The notes below the pieces were generated by a model. That model worked only from the letters and a program-made list of their open reading frames with translations. It searched no databases and was not told the origin of the DNA. The translations under genes and the position numbers were made by a program. From an uncultured Gammaproteobacteria bacterium (lineage in GTDB: Bacteria; Patescibacteriota; Patescibacteriia; Veblenbacterales; UBA10138): 64,000 nucleotides of DNA. The stretch spans positions 740,095-804,094 of the forward strand of contig CAYVOI010000001.1 of assembly GCA_964453605.1 (NCBI GenBank), in the 5' to 3' direction. Below are positions 17,336 to 26,375 of this stretch, piece after piece. Numbering within the stretch: position 1 is the stretch's first letter; the number at the start of each line of letters is the position of its first letter.

Positions 17336-17782
17336 CTAACGTTTTAAGGTACGCCTGATTTCTCGCTCGGTTTCGCGCTTCCGTATAGTAACCCGCTTGT
17401 CGTAGCGGGTTTTACCGCGCGCTAACCCTAATTCAACTTTCACAAACCTGTGCGCAGTATACAGAGAAAGTGGCACCACTGTCAAGCCTCCCTGGCGAAG
17501 CTTGCCGCTGAGGTGTTGAAGCTCGCTGCGCTTGAGAAGGAGCTTCCTGTCCCGCTCGGCCTCGTACCCCAGCTGCCGTGAGCCTGCTGGGGCGTACGGC
17601 GCAATGTGGCAACCGGTAAGCCAGAGCTCGGTACCTTTTGGGATAACGTAGGCGCCAGTGAGGGCAGCCCGCCCGCCTTTGACCGACTTTACCTCAGCGC
17701 CCGAGAGCACTAAACCAGCCTCGAACTTTTCCAGGATTTGGTACTCGTGCAACGCTTTGCGGTTCTGGGCTAGGGTAGGCAT
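17336..17782 (-). CDS. smpB: SsrA-binding protein SmpB
   Basis: KALHEYQILEKFEAGLVLSGAEVKS...RKLLLKRSEL are conserved SmpB motifs. Confidence 0.9.
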   Translation of the reverse strand: MPTLAQNRKALHEYQILEKFEAGLVLSGAEVKSVKGGRAALTGAYVIPKGTELWLTGCHIAPYAPAGSRQLGYEAERDRKLLLKRSELQHLSGKLRQGGLTVVPLSLYTAHRFVKVELGLARGKTRYDKRVTIRKRETEREIRRTLKR

Positions 17783-17805
17783 ACGTTAGTATTGTAGCCT
17801 AAGGC

Positions 17806-17856
17806 GAGCGATAAAAGAAAAACTGCCCCGGACCGTTGTGGTGGTCAGGGGCAGGT
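17806..17856 (-). terminator. Putative terminator hairpin CUGCCCC...GGGGCAG followed by a U-rich tract
   Basis: 7-bp GC-rich stem followed by TTTTTCTTTT on the minus strand, downstream of the ORF at 17886-18215. Confidence 0.45.
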
Positions 17857-17885
17857 TCAAACATGCGTCGACCAGGTTGATCGAC

Positions 17886-18215
17886 TTACCGGTGGATGGG
17901 TCGCCTGGTGATGGGCTCCAAGGGACTTGTGACATAGGTGTGGTGGTTGTCACCGGAGACCCAACAGCCCATGATGTAGCCCGCGGTGCAGAGGTGTTGG
18001 AGCCAGCGACCATACCGCTGTCGACAGAGGGGCAAGAGCCAACTCACCGCGACGGCGCTGCAGGTGCAAACCTCGACCCAGAACCCGAGTCCGATGAACC
18101 GATACATGCTCATGTACGTTGTGGCTGAATCTCCTGTCATCACCAGCAGCGAAGCAACGTTGAGGAGCGGGCTCACGACGAGCGCGAGCAGAAGAAAACG
18201 AACGATATTTTTCAT
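17886..18215 (-). CDS. Small hypothetical membrane protein
   Basis: Strong SD AAGGAGAG 5 nt before the ATG at 18215. Three hydrophobic segments. Confidence 0.5.
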   Translation of the reverse strand: MKNIVRFLLLALVVSPLLNVASLLVMTGDSATTYMSMYRFIGLGFWVEVCTCSAVAVSWLLPLCRQRYGRWLQHLCTAGYIMGCWVSGDNHHTYVTSPLEPITRRPIHR

Positions 18216-18443
18216 GACACTCTCCTTGGTAGTTATTGGTTTCAGTTTGGATTTCAAAAATTTTGACTAACTACTAATAGTATACCTAAACCCCATTTTT
18301 GTCAATAGCCTGTGGAACAGTAGGTAGATTTACCCGGTTGTTCCACAAGGGTTGACAAATTCAGCCGGTTGTGCTACGTTTAGTTGAATTGAAAAAATAG
18401 AAAATTACCTTAACAATCACAATACACCGAAAGGAGAGTTAAC

Positions 18444-20162
18444 GTGAATACCCAACTTGTAATCGCGATAGTCGCGGCAGTGACAACGATCTGGCTGATG
18501 CTTAAATACTGGCCGCGCAAAAAACAAAATGATGATGGCACCGAGAACGCCACGTTTGTTGACCTCAACCAACCCAGCAAGTCAAATTCGCTTAAGACAA
18601 TGTTACTCGCTTTCCTTGAGCCGTTCAATACGCCATTCAAATGGGTGAAACGACGGTTGACAAAGAGGAGACAGAGAAACATGCAGCAGCCATCCACGGC
18701 TGGTGCAGCTCAAACTGCAACTCCTCCACCAAACACCGCTCCACCAACTCCACCTTACCAGCACCGCGATCGCCAGCGGCCATCCAGCAACGAGCAGAGT
18801 ATTAAACGTTACATAGTGATGGCTTTACTCTGCCTGATCGTTCTATCAGCTCTGTATAGTTTTTTCCGAGGCAATAACGGACAATCAATTCAGCCGACGG
18901 TAACGTCGCAAGGTACTGGTGGAGGCAGCACGGACACGGCTTCCCCAAACGCCACTAGCAGCGCCTCACCCAAGAATAACGAGGTGAAACAACCCTCAAC
19001 CACTGATTCAATGAGTATCCTGAGGCAGGAGGTGGCAGCACTTAAGGCGCGTGAGGCGGCCCGACAAGCAGACAGCGTCCGTTTGGCGGAAGCTGTCGAG
19101 AATACTTACCAAGAGTTCAAGGAATCGGTAAGCAAGGAGCTTGCCAACTCTGCGACCTCCGGCGCCACCTCACCCGTGCAAATTCGGAGTCGCGCCTATC
19201 AGTTCCGCGATTTGAGCACACCGGTGACGTTCGACACCGCGTACCAAATTGCGCGATGGGCTGAGGAGAAAACCGGTGTGCGTGCAGCCTTCCTGCTCGC
19301 TATTCTAACCCAGGAGTCAGACCTGGGACGGAACATCGGCAGCTGCCACTGGAAAGACGTCATGAATCCCAATCGTGATAAAGAACCGTTCCAACGGATC
19401 TGCCGCGAGCTGGGCAGGGACCCAGAGGCAACTCTGGTTTCGTGCAAGATGCACGACAAGAACGGTAACCGAAGCGGCTGGGGCGGGGCGATGGGACCGG
19501 CACAGTTCCTGCCGTCTACCTGGGTCGACTACGGCAGCTTGGTGACGACCTACACTGGGAAGGCTCCGGCCGATCCATGGGACCTTCGGGATGCCTTTGT
19601 CGCCGCCGCCTTAAAGCTTAGGGAAGACGGAGCAAATGGCACACGGCAAGGTGAGTGGGATGCCGCAATGACGTACTTTAGCGGCAGTACCAATCTGAAG
19701 TACCGGCTCTACGGTGACAACGTGGCTAACCTGGCCAATGCCTATCAAAGTGCTATTGGTCAGCCTGAGCAGACGATGTTAACCAGCAACCAACAGCAGC
19801 AGGTGGCACCTCAGGTCACCAAGCTACCGTATCCTGACCTGTCTGGACTTTGGGTTGAAGCTAACCCAGGTAACTACTACCAGAGCCAAGCCACGTTCGA
19901 GGTTAGCCCCCGCGGGGACCTAACGGTTCACATCCACTGGAACAACGGCCACCGAAGCGTTGATGAAACCTGCTTCGGTACTGTTACCCAAAGTGGTGTA
20001 CTACGGTTTACTGGCACGGAGCTTGCAAACCTGGATCCGCCAGGGTATAACCGCGATTACATCCTTGGTAACTACTACGCTAGTCTTTCATCAGATCACA
20101 AGGTGTTAGCAGGCGGGTGGGCCAATGGAGACAAAGGGAAATTCACACTTCAGAAACAATAA
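18444..20162 (+). CDS. Membrane-anchored protein with a lytic-transglycosylase-like domain (MltB/SLT-like) and extra N- and C-terminal regions
   Basis: GTG start behind SD AAAGGAGAG. N-terminal TM helix, low-complexity P/T/S region, coiled coil. Motifs ILTQESDLGRN and GAMGPAQFLPSTW resemble murein transglycosylase B-family active-site regions. GC ~52%. Confidence 0.55.
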   Translation: MNTQLVIAIVAAVTTIWLMLKYWPRKKQNDDGTENATFVDLNQPSKSNSLKTMLLAFLEPFNTPFKWVKRRLTKRRQRNMQQPSTAGAAQTATPPPNTAPPTPPYQHRDRQRPSSNEQSIKRYIVMALLCLIVLSALYSFFRGNNGQSIQPTVTSQGTGGGSTDTASPNATSSASPKNNEVKQPSTTDSMSILRQEVAALKAREAARQADSVRLAEAVENTYQEFKESVSKELANSATSGATSPVQIRSRAYQFRDLSTPVTFDTAYQIARWAEEKTGVRAAFLLAILTQESDLGRNIGSCHWKDVMNPNRDKEPFQRICRELGRDPEATLVSCKMHDKNGNRSGWGGAMGPAQFLPSTWVDYGSLVTTYTGKAPADPWDLRDAFVAAALKLREDGANGTRQGEWDAAMTYFSGSTNLKYRLYGDNVANLANAYQSAIGQPEQTMLTSNQQQQVAPQVTKLPYPDLSGLWVEANPGNYYQSQATFEVSPRGDLTVHIHWNNGHRSVDETCFGTVTQSGVLRFTGTELANLDPPGYNRDYILGNYYASLSSDHKVLAGGWANGDKGKFTLQKQ

Positions 20163-20195
20163 TCAAACCCAAGAACACATCACTTTCAACTAACG

Positions 20196-20232
20196 CCCCT
20201 GACTGCCGGAAGGAAGTCAGGGGTTTTTATTT
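20196..20232 (+). terminator. Rho-independent terminator
   Basis: cccctgac-N12-gtcagggg followed by TTTTTATTT. Confidence 0.65.
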
Positions 20233-20274
20233 GCTTCCATAGAGCCTTGACAAAATAACCTCAAAATGATAGCG

Positions 20275-20298
20275 TAGTATGTTATAGAAAGTCTATAA
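20275..20298 (+). promoter_or_regulatory. Perfect 9-bp inverted repeat atgttatag-N6-ctataacat between a TTGACA box (20246) and the start of the gene at 20359; candidate operator
   Basis: Read directly from the sequence. Confidence 0.3.
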
Positions 20299-20358
20299 CA
20301 TAATTTCGAAAATCAAAGAAGGTATATTAAAAATCAATCATAATCAAGGAGAGTTACC

Positions 20359-22827
20359 ATGAATGAACGAAGCTATGCTAACCTATGGCAGCTGCTGTGG
20401 GCTAGGGTGCGGGTGGTCAAAACCACCTACGGTCAACGCACCTACGTGTCACCCTTTCTGGGGTGGCTACCCAACGTACTGCTGGCCGCCACACTGGTGG
20501 TCAGTATACACGTTGTTTTCAGCTGGACCTCATGGTTCACCGATTCGCTATGTGGGGCGCTCGCGCTCTACCTCATGACGGAGCACTACTTTATCTCAGC
20601 TGTGAAATGGGGTCTCATCTACAAGCGAACGGGCAAGCAATCACCCTACGCGGTCGCGTTCGACCTCAAGTACGCTGGCTGGCAAGCCAAACGTATCCTC
20701 AGAACTGGCTGGCACCACATACCATTCCGGTGGTGGCCTACAGTGGCAACCGGAGACATTGTCGACATAGGTCCGGGTGGCCAAGGGTTGATCTACGTTC
20801 CGTTCGGGAAAACCCTGCCGTCTGGCATGAATACCGGAGAGTACAACGATGCCTTTGGGGATCTGAGTAACCTCAAGCAATGCATAGACCATGGAATTTA
20901 CAGGGGCTGGCAGGAAGAAACAGCAAAAGCAGGCGTGAGCGGGATTAACCCCTTCATCCTGATTTTCGCCCGCAACATGGTCTATGGCATGCCCGTAACA
21001 CCTGAGAGCAAACGGTTCATCAACGAGCAGGGGGCACCAAACCTTACAGAGATCAACAAGTCACTCGGTAGGGAGAAGGCATCCGCGATCACACTAGAGC
21101 ACTTTGGACAGACCGTGATTAAGGCAGTCGCCGGTATCGAGACGGTAACGGAAGACTACAAAATCATGGAACAAGGTGAACTGATGTTGGTTGACCGGGA
21201 TGTGGCGATTAAGGAAGTGGGTGACTCCGAACCAGCAGAACCACCAGACCCACTCACTGAATCCACCGATGCAGAGAAGCAGACCAAACGAGTTGTCAAG
21301 AAGCGGAGAATCAATATAGATATGATGGGGGTAGTCACCACCTTTGGTGGCGTATCACTCTCAGCAGATCAAAACGCAGGACGACTCGGCGGGGGTACCG
21401 GATGGGGCGATGTAAAACTCAAGGAGGCAAAGCTCAAGGCTGACTCTCCTCCCCCACCCAAACCACCAGACACTGCTCCTCCACAGGAGTTGGAAAAGTG
21501 GGAACTCGAGATGGAGATTTGGAACTATGAGATCAGTAAGAAGCTCCTGCGCTACATCCTGGCGAGCAGTAAGAATAACCTGATGAAGCACAACAGTTAC
21601 CAAGACTTCAGGAAATTCCGAGAGGCAAGGGGCACGCAGGGGTTGCAGTACGATACTATACTCGAAGGTTCTTACCTCTTCAACCCCATACTGGTACACG
21701 TAGAGAGGGTGCGCCAGCTGGTGGTACATGAGGGGGAAATGGCAGCCGTGATTTCAACCGTCGGGTTACCGCCGGAAGACATCACGGACGAGAAGTTCGA
21801 GCATGGTGCGGTGGTGATTCCTGGTCATAAGAACATCTGGATGGCACCACTGCCGCCGGCGAAGTACGCCATTAACCCCTACGTTAACCCGTGGCGTATT
21901 GCACGGGTGGCGGTGACGAAGATCAACAACTCGCTCGAGGTTTCGGACGTGCACATCTACGACAAGAAGTCGAGGCCGATTTACGCCACGACTAACGATG
22001 GCTACAAACTGCGCGTGGATGTGCAAACACTCATCACCATCTCGGAGCGGAAAGTTGCTTTCGTCATAGCGCGTTTTGGCGACATGGAAGCAGCTATCAC
22101 CCAAGGGCTCGATCCCGTAGTTACCAAGGTCTACCATACTGAGGTGCAGGACCACCCGTACATGTACTTCATCAAGAAACGAAGAGAACTGCAAGACAGA
22201 GCCTCGGGTGAGGTTACCACAACACTGGCCCAGTACGACGTGAAGGTTATGGGCTCTTACGTCCAGGATTGGGACGAAATTCCGAAACCCGGTGAGGAAG
22301 GTAAGGGAACTGACCTCCAAGCTGCACTGCGACGCAAAGCAACAGCGGCGCAAGAAAAACGTGCACTCAAAGAACAGACGGCGAAGGAGATACAGAACGT
22401 TCTGCTCAAGTACCAAGAGGGTAAGTCGGCTGTCCAGGCTGACATCACGAAAGCTGAAGCTAAAAAGACCATCGAACGGTTCTTAGCGACAGCCAGGAAG
22501 TCCACTGGTAAGGGATGGGACGACTTCATGAAGGTCATTAAGAAGTACGACCAGAACGAGGTTGTCACCATCGTCGAGGCTCTGGGAGCTGACAACACCA
22601 CAGCCGAACGCATCGCGAAAGACATATTCAGCGGCACCAACCCACTGCCACAGTTCCTCATGTTAGGTGGCGGGCAAAGCCAGAATATGCCATTCGATGC
22701 AGCTATGGCTGCGTTGGCTAAGTACCTCGGCCCCAAACCAACGGGCACCGGCAAACAGGGTGATGATGGAGATATGAAAACTCCCCCCGAACAACCTGAA
22801 CCGGCTAAGGTCTCGGCTGGAGCGTAA
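20359..22827 (+). CDS. Hypothetical 822-aa protein: N-terminal membrane domain, central acidic linker, C-terminal coiled-coil/possibly SPFH-like region
   Basis: SD AAGGAGAG. Two N-terminal TM helices. Lys/Glu-rich coiled coil near the C-terminus. No catalytic motif recognised. Confidence 0.55.
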   Translation: MNERSYANLWQLLWARVRVVKTTYGQRTYVSPFLGWLPNVLLAATLVVSIHVVFSWTSWFTDSLCGALALYLMTEHYFISAVKWGLIYKRTGKQSPYAVAFDLKYAGWQAKRILRTGWHHIPFRWWPTVATGDIVDIGPGGQGLIYVPFGKTLPSGMNTGEYNDAFGDLSNLKQCIDHGIYRGWQEETAKAGVSGINPFILIFARNMVYGMPVTPESKRFINEQGAPNLTEINKSLGREKASAITLEHFGQTVIKAVAGIETVTEDYKIMEQGELMLVDRDVAIKEVGDSEPAEPPDPLTESTDAEKQTKRVVKKRRINIDMMGVVTTFGGVSLSADQNAGRLGGGTGWGDVKLKEAKLKADSPPPPKPPDTAPPQELEKWELEMEIWNYEISKKLLRYILASSKNNLMKHNSYQDFRKFREARGTQGLQYDTILEGSYLFNPILVHVERVRQLVVHEGEMAAVISTVGLPPEDITDEKFEHGAVVIPGHKNIWMAPLPPAKYAINPYVNPWRIARVAVTKINNSLEVSDVHIYDKKSRPIYATTNDGYKLRVDVQTLITISERKVAFVIARFGDMEAAITQGLDPVVTKVYHTEVQDHPYMYFIKKRRELQDRASGEVTTTLAQYDVKVMGSYVQDWDEIPKPGEEGKGTDLQAALRRKATAAQEKRALKEQTAKEIQNVLLKYQEGKSAVQADITKAEAKKTIERFLATARKSTGKGWDDFMKVIKKYDQNEVVTIVEALGADNTTAERIAKDIFSGTNPLPQFLMLGGGQSQNMPFDAAMAALAKYLGPKPTGTGKQGDDGDMKTPPEQPEPAKVSAGA

Positions 22828-22880
22828 ACTGAAACAGAAACAATGAACTAACCGCTAGTGGAGTCCAACCACACGTGGCG

Positions 22881-22918
22881 ACCCTGTTCTCGAAACTTCG
22901 AGAACAGGGTCTTTTTTA
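22881..22918 (+). terminator. Rho-independent terminator
   Basis: accctgttctcg-N6-cgagaacagggt followed by CTTTTTTATT. Confidence 0.75.
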
Positions 22919-22990
22919 TTCACACCTACTTGAACCTCACCTCAGCCTGTGCTACAGTGGCAAAGCCTAAAAATGAAGTGTTCGGCTCAT

Positions 22991-23015
22991 GGGCCCGTGG
23001 TGTAGCCCGGTTAAC
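22991..23015 (+). pseudogene. 25-nt fragment identical to the 5' end of tRNA-Asp (acceptor 5' strand plus D-arm)
   Basis: gggcccgtggtgtagcccggttaac is identical to 23094-23118, then diverges. Confidence 0.6.
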
Positions 23016-23093
23016 CCCGAAGAATGTTCGCTGACGCTCACATCTACGGGGCGCGGCACGTCTCAACGCTCTTTAAAATGAAATGCACAAAGC

Positions 23094-23168
23094 GGGCCCG
23101 TGGTGTAGCCCGGTTAACACGTCTCCCTGTCACGGAGAAGACCGCCGGTTCGAATCCGGTCGGGCCCG
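23094..23168 (+). tRNA. tRNA-Asp (GTC), 75 nt, CCA not encoded
   Basis: Manual cloverleaf. Acceptor GGGCCCG/CGGGCCC. D-stem GTGT/ACAC. Anticodon stem TCTCC/GGAGA. Loop CTGTCAC. T-arm GCCGG-TTCGAAT-CCGGT. Discriminator G. Confidence 0.85.
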
Positions 23169-23221
23169 CTTTGTGCGTCTCACTGCCTGCCCCGTATAGA
23201 TACCGCAGTATCTTGTACGGG

Positions 23222-23264
23222 GTCACGGAGAAGACCGCCGGTTCGAATCCGGTCGGGCCCGCCA
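23222..23264 (+). pseudogene. 43-nt fragment equal to the 3' part of tRNA-Asp from the anticodon loop to the 3' end, plus an encoded CCA
   Basis: gtcacggagaagaccgccggttcgaatccggtcgggcccg is identical to 23129-23168, followed by cca. Confidence 0.6.
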
Positions 23265-23337
23265 GCAAACTTTATGCTATCCGCCCCTTCGGGGCGGATT
23301 TTACTATTCCCCTACCAAGGCAAATGATTCTGTCTAA

Positions 23338-23400
23338 TCTCCACTACTATAGGATAGGTGGAGTTGACAAAATGGTGAAATCTACTAAGATACTTCAACA
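23338..23400 (+). promoter_or_regulatory. Inverted repeat ctccacta-N8-taggtggag adjoining a TTGACA-N18-TAAGAT promoter-like element upstream of the ORF at 23469
   Basis: Read directly from the sequence. Confidence 0.3.
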
Positions 23401-23468
23401 ACAACACTAATTAAGGAAAAAATTTGTAAATTAACAAACAACAATCACCATATAATAAGGAGAATCAC

Positions 23469-24827
23469 ATGAAAACACGGGGAAATGGTTGGGATGAGCG
23501 GGTTTGCCTTGCTGGCACCGACGATGCAGGCTCGACGGATGCTATGGGCCGAGTAATAACGCTGCTGTTCTATACTTTGCTCTTTGTCTACTCACCCAGC
23601 CGGGTATGGATAGTGGGGTCAGTGGTCGCTGGCCTAGGCACGATAGGATTTATTATCTACCTATCCGGCCTGCAGTACAAAGTAGTCGACTGGCGATCTT
23701 ATGTCTTGCAGGAGCTGATCTGCTCCTGGCATAGTGGCGACTGGTTTTTCATTGTATTCATGGCCTGGCCTATCTTGCTCCCATGGTACACGGTCGCTTA
23801 TCTAGCGTTCAATTCATACCCCCGAAGTTTCTCAGCTGACTATGAGACTGATAGATTCCGCCTCTATGGTTCAGGCCGGGGGCGCTACTACGGTATGCAC
23901 CTCAATACCATCAGAGAGCACGTGACAAATGATATGAAACGGGTCGAGGCAGAGACGGCTACGCTCATGAACGTACCGATAAAAGTCCAGCAAAAATCAC
24001 GGCTGGCACTACTACTTGGATCTGTGGCGGCATATTTGTCAGCCCCGTTAGGAGCTCGAGCACAAGACAAAGGAGACAAAGATAGCGCTCAAATCAACCG
24101 AACCTACGCTGGGCTGTTGTATACAGGCAGCTACGACTCAACCGGTACGTTGACCCCGGCTGCTTCCGTGAGGGTAGGGCTTGAAGCGTTACTACCGGTA
24201 GGGGTTGATACCCTCACTGCTCGTGCAGCTTGGAGCTCTACCGGCAGTGCCCTCGGTCATTTCTTTCTAACGCTACCTCTTGAAACGGACCTACGACTGC
24301 GGCTTGGTTTCATGGGACGGCCAATCTCCACCCAGAAACCACACCCCATCTCGCCCGGCGCGCACTTTGAACCGCCGGCTAAACAGGTTATCCCGGGGGC
24401 GGCGAGTGGCATGTCCTTACAATGGGCAAATATCACTGTAGGTACGTACTACCACCAGGTTCATAAAGCGCTGGAAGTAGATGCCAGCATGGGTCTTAAG
24501 GGAGGTGTCCTAGGAGTGAACGGAATTGATCTGGCAGGTTACCTCCATCGAGTTACGTGGGGTGCGGCCATAACGTTCACGACGCCAACGATAACTGTCG
24601 TGCTGTTCCATGAGCAACACACTAAGTCATCTGCGCTGATGGATATGAAAATCACGCCCGTTTCAGCATACTTGACTGACCTGTGGGATCAGCAAGCCAA
24701 ACGACATAACTGGGAGGTTGGGGCAACGAAGACTTTTCTTGCTCCTCATGACATCCAGGTACTCCTCGGCGCTGGCTATCGACCTGTTGACAGGTCAACT
24801 GGTATATACCTGTGGGTCTATAGGTAA
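23469..24827 (+). CDS. Hypothetical protein. The ORF may fuse two genes: an N-terminal polytopic membrane segment, then a signal-peptide-like stretch at about aa 150-190 and a beta-rich secreted domain
   Basis: Internal MKRVEAE...KSRLALLLGSVAAYLSAPLGARAQ looks like a signal peptide. The C-terminal half is rich in alternating hydrophobic residues and ends with an aromatic-rich segment. GC ~50%. Confidence 0.45.
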   Translation: MKTRGNGWDERVCLAGTDDAGSTDAMGRVITLLFYTLLFVYSPSRVWIVGSVVAGLGTIGFIIYLSGLQYKVVDWRSYVLQELICSWHSGDWFFIVFMAWPILLPWYTVAYLAFNSYPRSFSADYETDRFRLYGSGRGRYYGMHLNTIREHVTNDMKRVEAETATLMNVPIKVQQKSRLALLLGSVAAYLSAPLGARAQDKGDKDSAQINRTYAGLLYTGSYDSTGTLTPAASVRVGLEALLPVGVDTLTARAAWSSTGSALGHFFLTLPLETDLRLRLGFMGRPISTQKPHPISPGAHFEPPAKQVIPGAASGMSLQWANITVGTYYHQVHKALEVDASMGLKGGVLGVNGIDLAGYLHRVTWGAAITFTTPTITVVLFHEQHTKSSALMDMKITPVSAYLTDLWDQQAKRHNWEVGATKTFLAPHDIQVLLGAGYRPVDRSTGIYLWVYR

Positions 24828-24926
24828 TACAGCACCTAACAAGTCCTCAAAGCTAGAGGAATTCGGCGGCAAGTGGTTATTGTAACTGCTTGCCGCTTTT
24901 ATTATCTTAATTATCTATGAGTTCAC

Positions 24927-25751
24927 CTAGTCACGTGGTGTAGTTTGAGTACTACTCGGGTGCCGACTTACCAATGATTTTCCAAAACTCCACCAAACAT
25001 ATACCCCAACCAAGGTGACGAGGCCTGCGGTAACAAACCCCACCCGAACACCCCACAGCATAACCTGCTCATCGAGGCGGAGAAACTCCAACACAAAACG
25101 TAACAGCCCACTCGCTATGAGGTAGGTGGCCAGGAGCCGCCCCGTGGGCGGTGTTCGCTTCTGCCACTGCCACAGGAGGAGAGCTAGCGCCGCCAGCCCA
25201 AGTGATTCGTAGAGGAAGGTGGGGTGGAAGTGCGTGAACGCTGCGTAAGCGGCTGGACGATTTGCCTCGCTAATTGGTATGCCCCAAGGCAGCGTAGTCG
25301 GCAGGCCAAACAGCTCTTGGTTGAAGTAGTTGCCCCACCTGCCTACCGCCTGCCCCAGTGCAAGCCCTGGTACTAACATATCGCCCACCTCGTAGAACGA
25401 GAGCTTATGCTTACGGCACCACCACCAGGCGGCAACGGCAGCGCCGCCGAGTCCGCCGTGCCAGGCCAAGCCACCTTGCCAAATGTGCCACACCTCACTA
25501 AGGTGCTGCGAAAAATACCCCCACTCAAACACCAACACATCGACTAGTCGAGCACCGATAAGGCCCGCTACCATGAGCCAGAGTACCAGCTGCTCAAGCT
25601 CAGCTACGCTACGCCCGCGCGCACGCCACGCTGGCCGCACCACGAGGTACCCCAGGAGAACGCCCAACGCCAAGAGCAGCCCGTACCAGCGGACAGTGAG
25701 GGGCCCCAGGGAAAACGCCACAGGTGATGGCAGGTAGCTCGACCACCCCAT
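24927..25751 (-). CDS. lgt: Prolipoprotein diacylglyceryl transferase
   Basis: Lgt signature GRWGNYFNQELFG. Polytopic. Confidence 0.85.
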   Translation of the reverse strand: MGWSSYLPSPVAFSLGPLTVRWYGLLLALGVLLGYLVVRPAWRARGRSVAELEQLVLWLMVAGLIGARLVDVLVFEWGYFSQHLSEVWHIWQGGLAWHGGLGGAAVAAWWWCRKHKLSFYEVGDMLVPGLALGQAVGRWGNYFNQELFGLPTTLPWGIPISEANRPAAYAAFTHFHPTFLYESLGLAALALLLWQWQKRTPPTGRLLATYLIASGLLRFVLEFLRLDEQVMLWGVRVGFVTAGLVTLVGVYVWWSFGKSLVSRHPSSTQTTPRD

Positions 25752-25765
25752 AGGGTGTGGGTTGG

Positions 25766-26371
25766 CTAGCCGCCGGCTAGGGCGCTCTGGATAACCTCTT
25801 TGAGCTTAGTCCAGTCCTGCACCTTGCTACCGTTCACAAAAAAGGTCGGTGTAGCGTTGACACCGCGCTTGTCGCCCTCTGCCATGTCGGCGCGAACAAC
25901 ACCTTGCTTGGCGCGCGAGTCGAGGCAGGCGTTAAAGCTGTCGGTATTAAGCTGAAGCGCAGCCGCGTAGGTTTTGAGGTCAGCTTTCGACAGCGCCGGC
26001 TGGTGCTGGAATAAGCTATCGTGGTACTGCCAGAACTTGCCCTGGTCATTGGCGCACTCAGCCGCCAGCGCGGCCGTAAACGCTTGCAGGTGCACCGTAA
26101 CCAGCGGGAAGTGGCGGTAGTTAAAATAAATTTGGTCGCCAAAGGTTTTAATGACGTCCTGCGCGGTGGGCTCAGCGGCCTTGCAGGCCGGGCACTCGAA
26201 GTCAGAAAACTCTTCCACCTTCACCCGGGCAGTCGGGCTACCCAAGGTGGGCCGCGGTGAGTTGACGTTGGGGTAGGCTGGCACCTGGCTCCCTGCCCAG
26301 GCCCACCAAGCAATGAGGGCTATGACAATGACGCCTCCAGCGATGAGGTACCCTTTCTGTCTGCCCTGCAT
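25766..26371 (-). CDS. DsbA-like thiol:disulfide oxidoreductase (thioredoxin fold, CPAC active site) with N-terminal anchor or signal
   Basis: FSDFECPACKAAEP motif. N-terminal hydrophobic segment. Confidence 0.75.
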   Translation of the reverse strand: MQGRQKGYLIAGGVIVIALIAWWAWAGSQVPAYPNVNSPRPTLGSPTARVKVEEFSDFECPACKAAEPTAQDVIKTFGDQIYFNYRHFPLVTVHLQAFTAALAAECANDQGKFWQYHDSLFQHQPALSKADLKTYAAALQLNTDSFNACLDSRAKQGVVRADMAEGDKRGVNATPTFFVNGSKVQDWTKLKEVIQSALAGG

Positions 26372-26375
26372 AGGT

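Noticed and set aside
22991-23264. Split, permuted or intron-containing tRNA-Asp assembled from the 5' and 3' fragments
   Set aside because: A complete, foldable tRNA-Asp lies between the fragments. The 5' fragment stops at position 25, not a canonical intron site. The fragments plus spacers do not reconstitute a cloverleaf.
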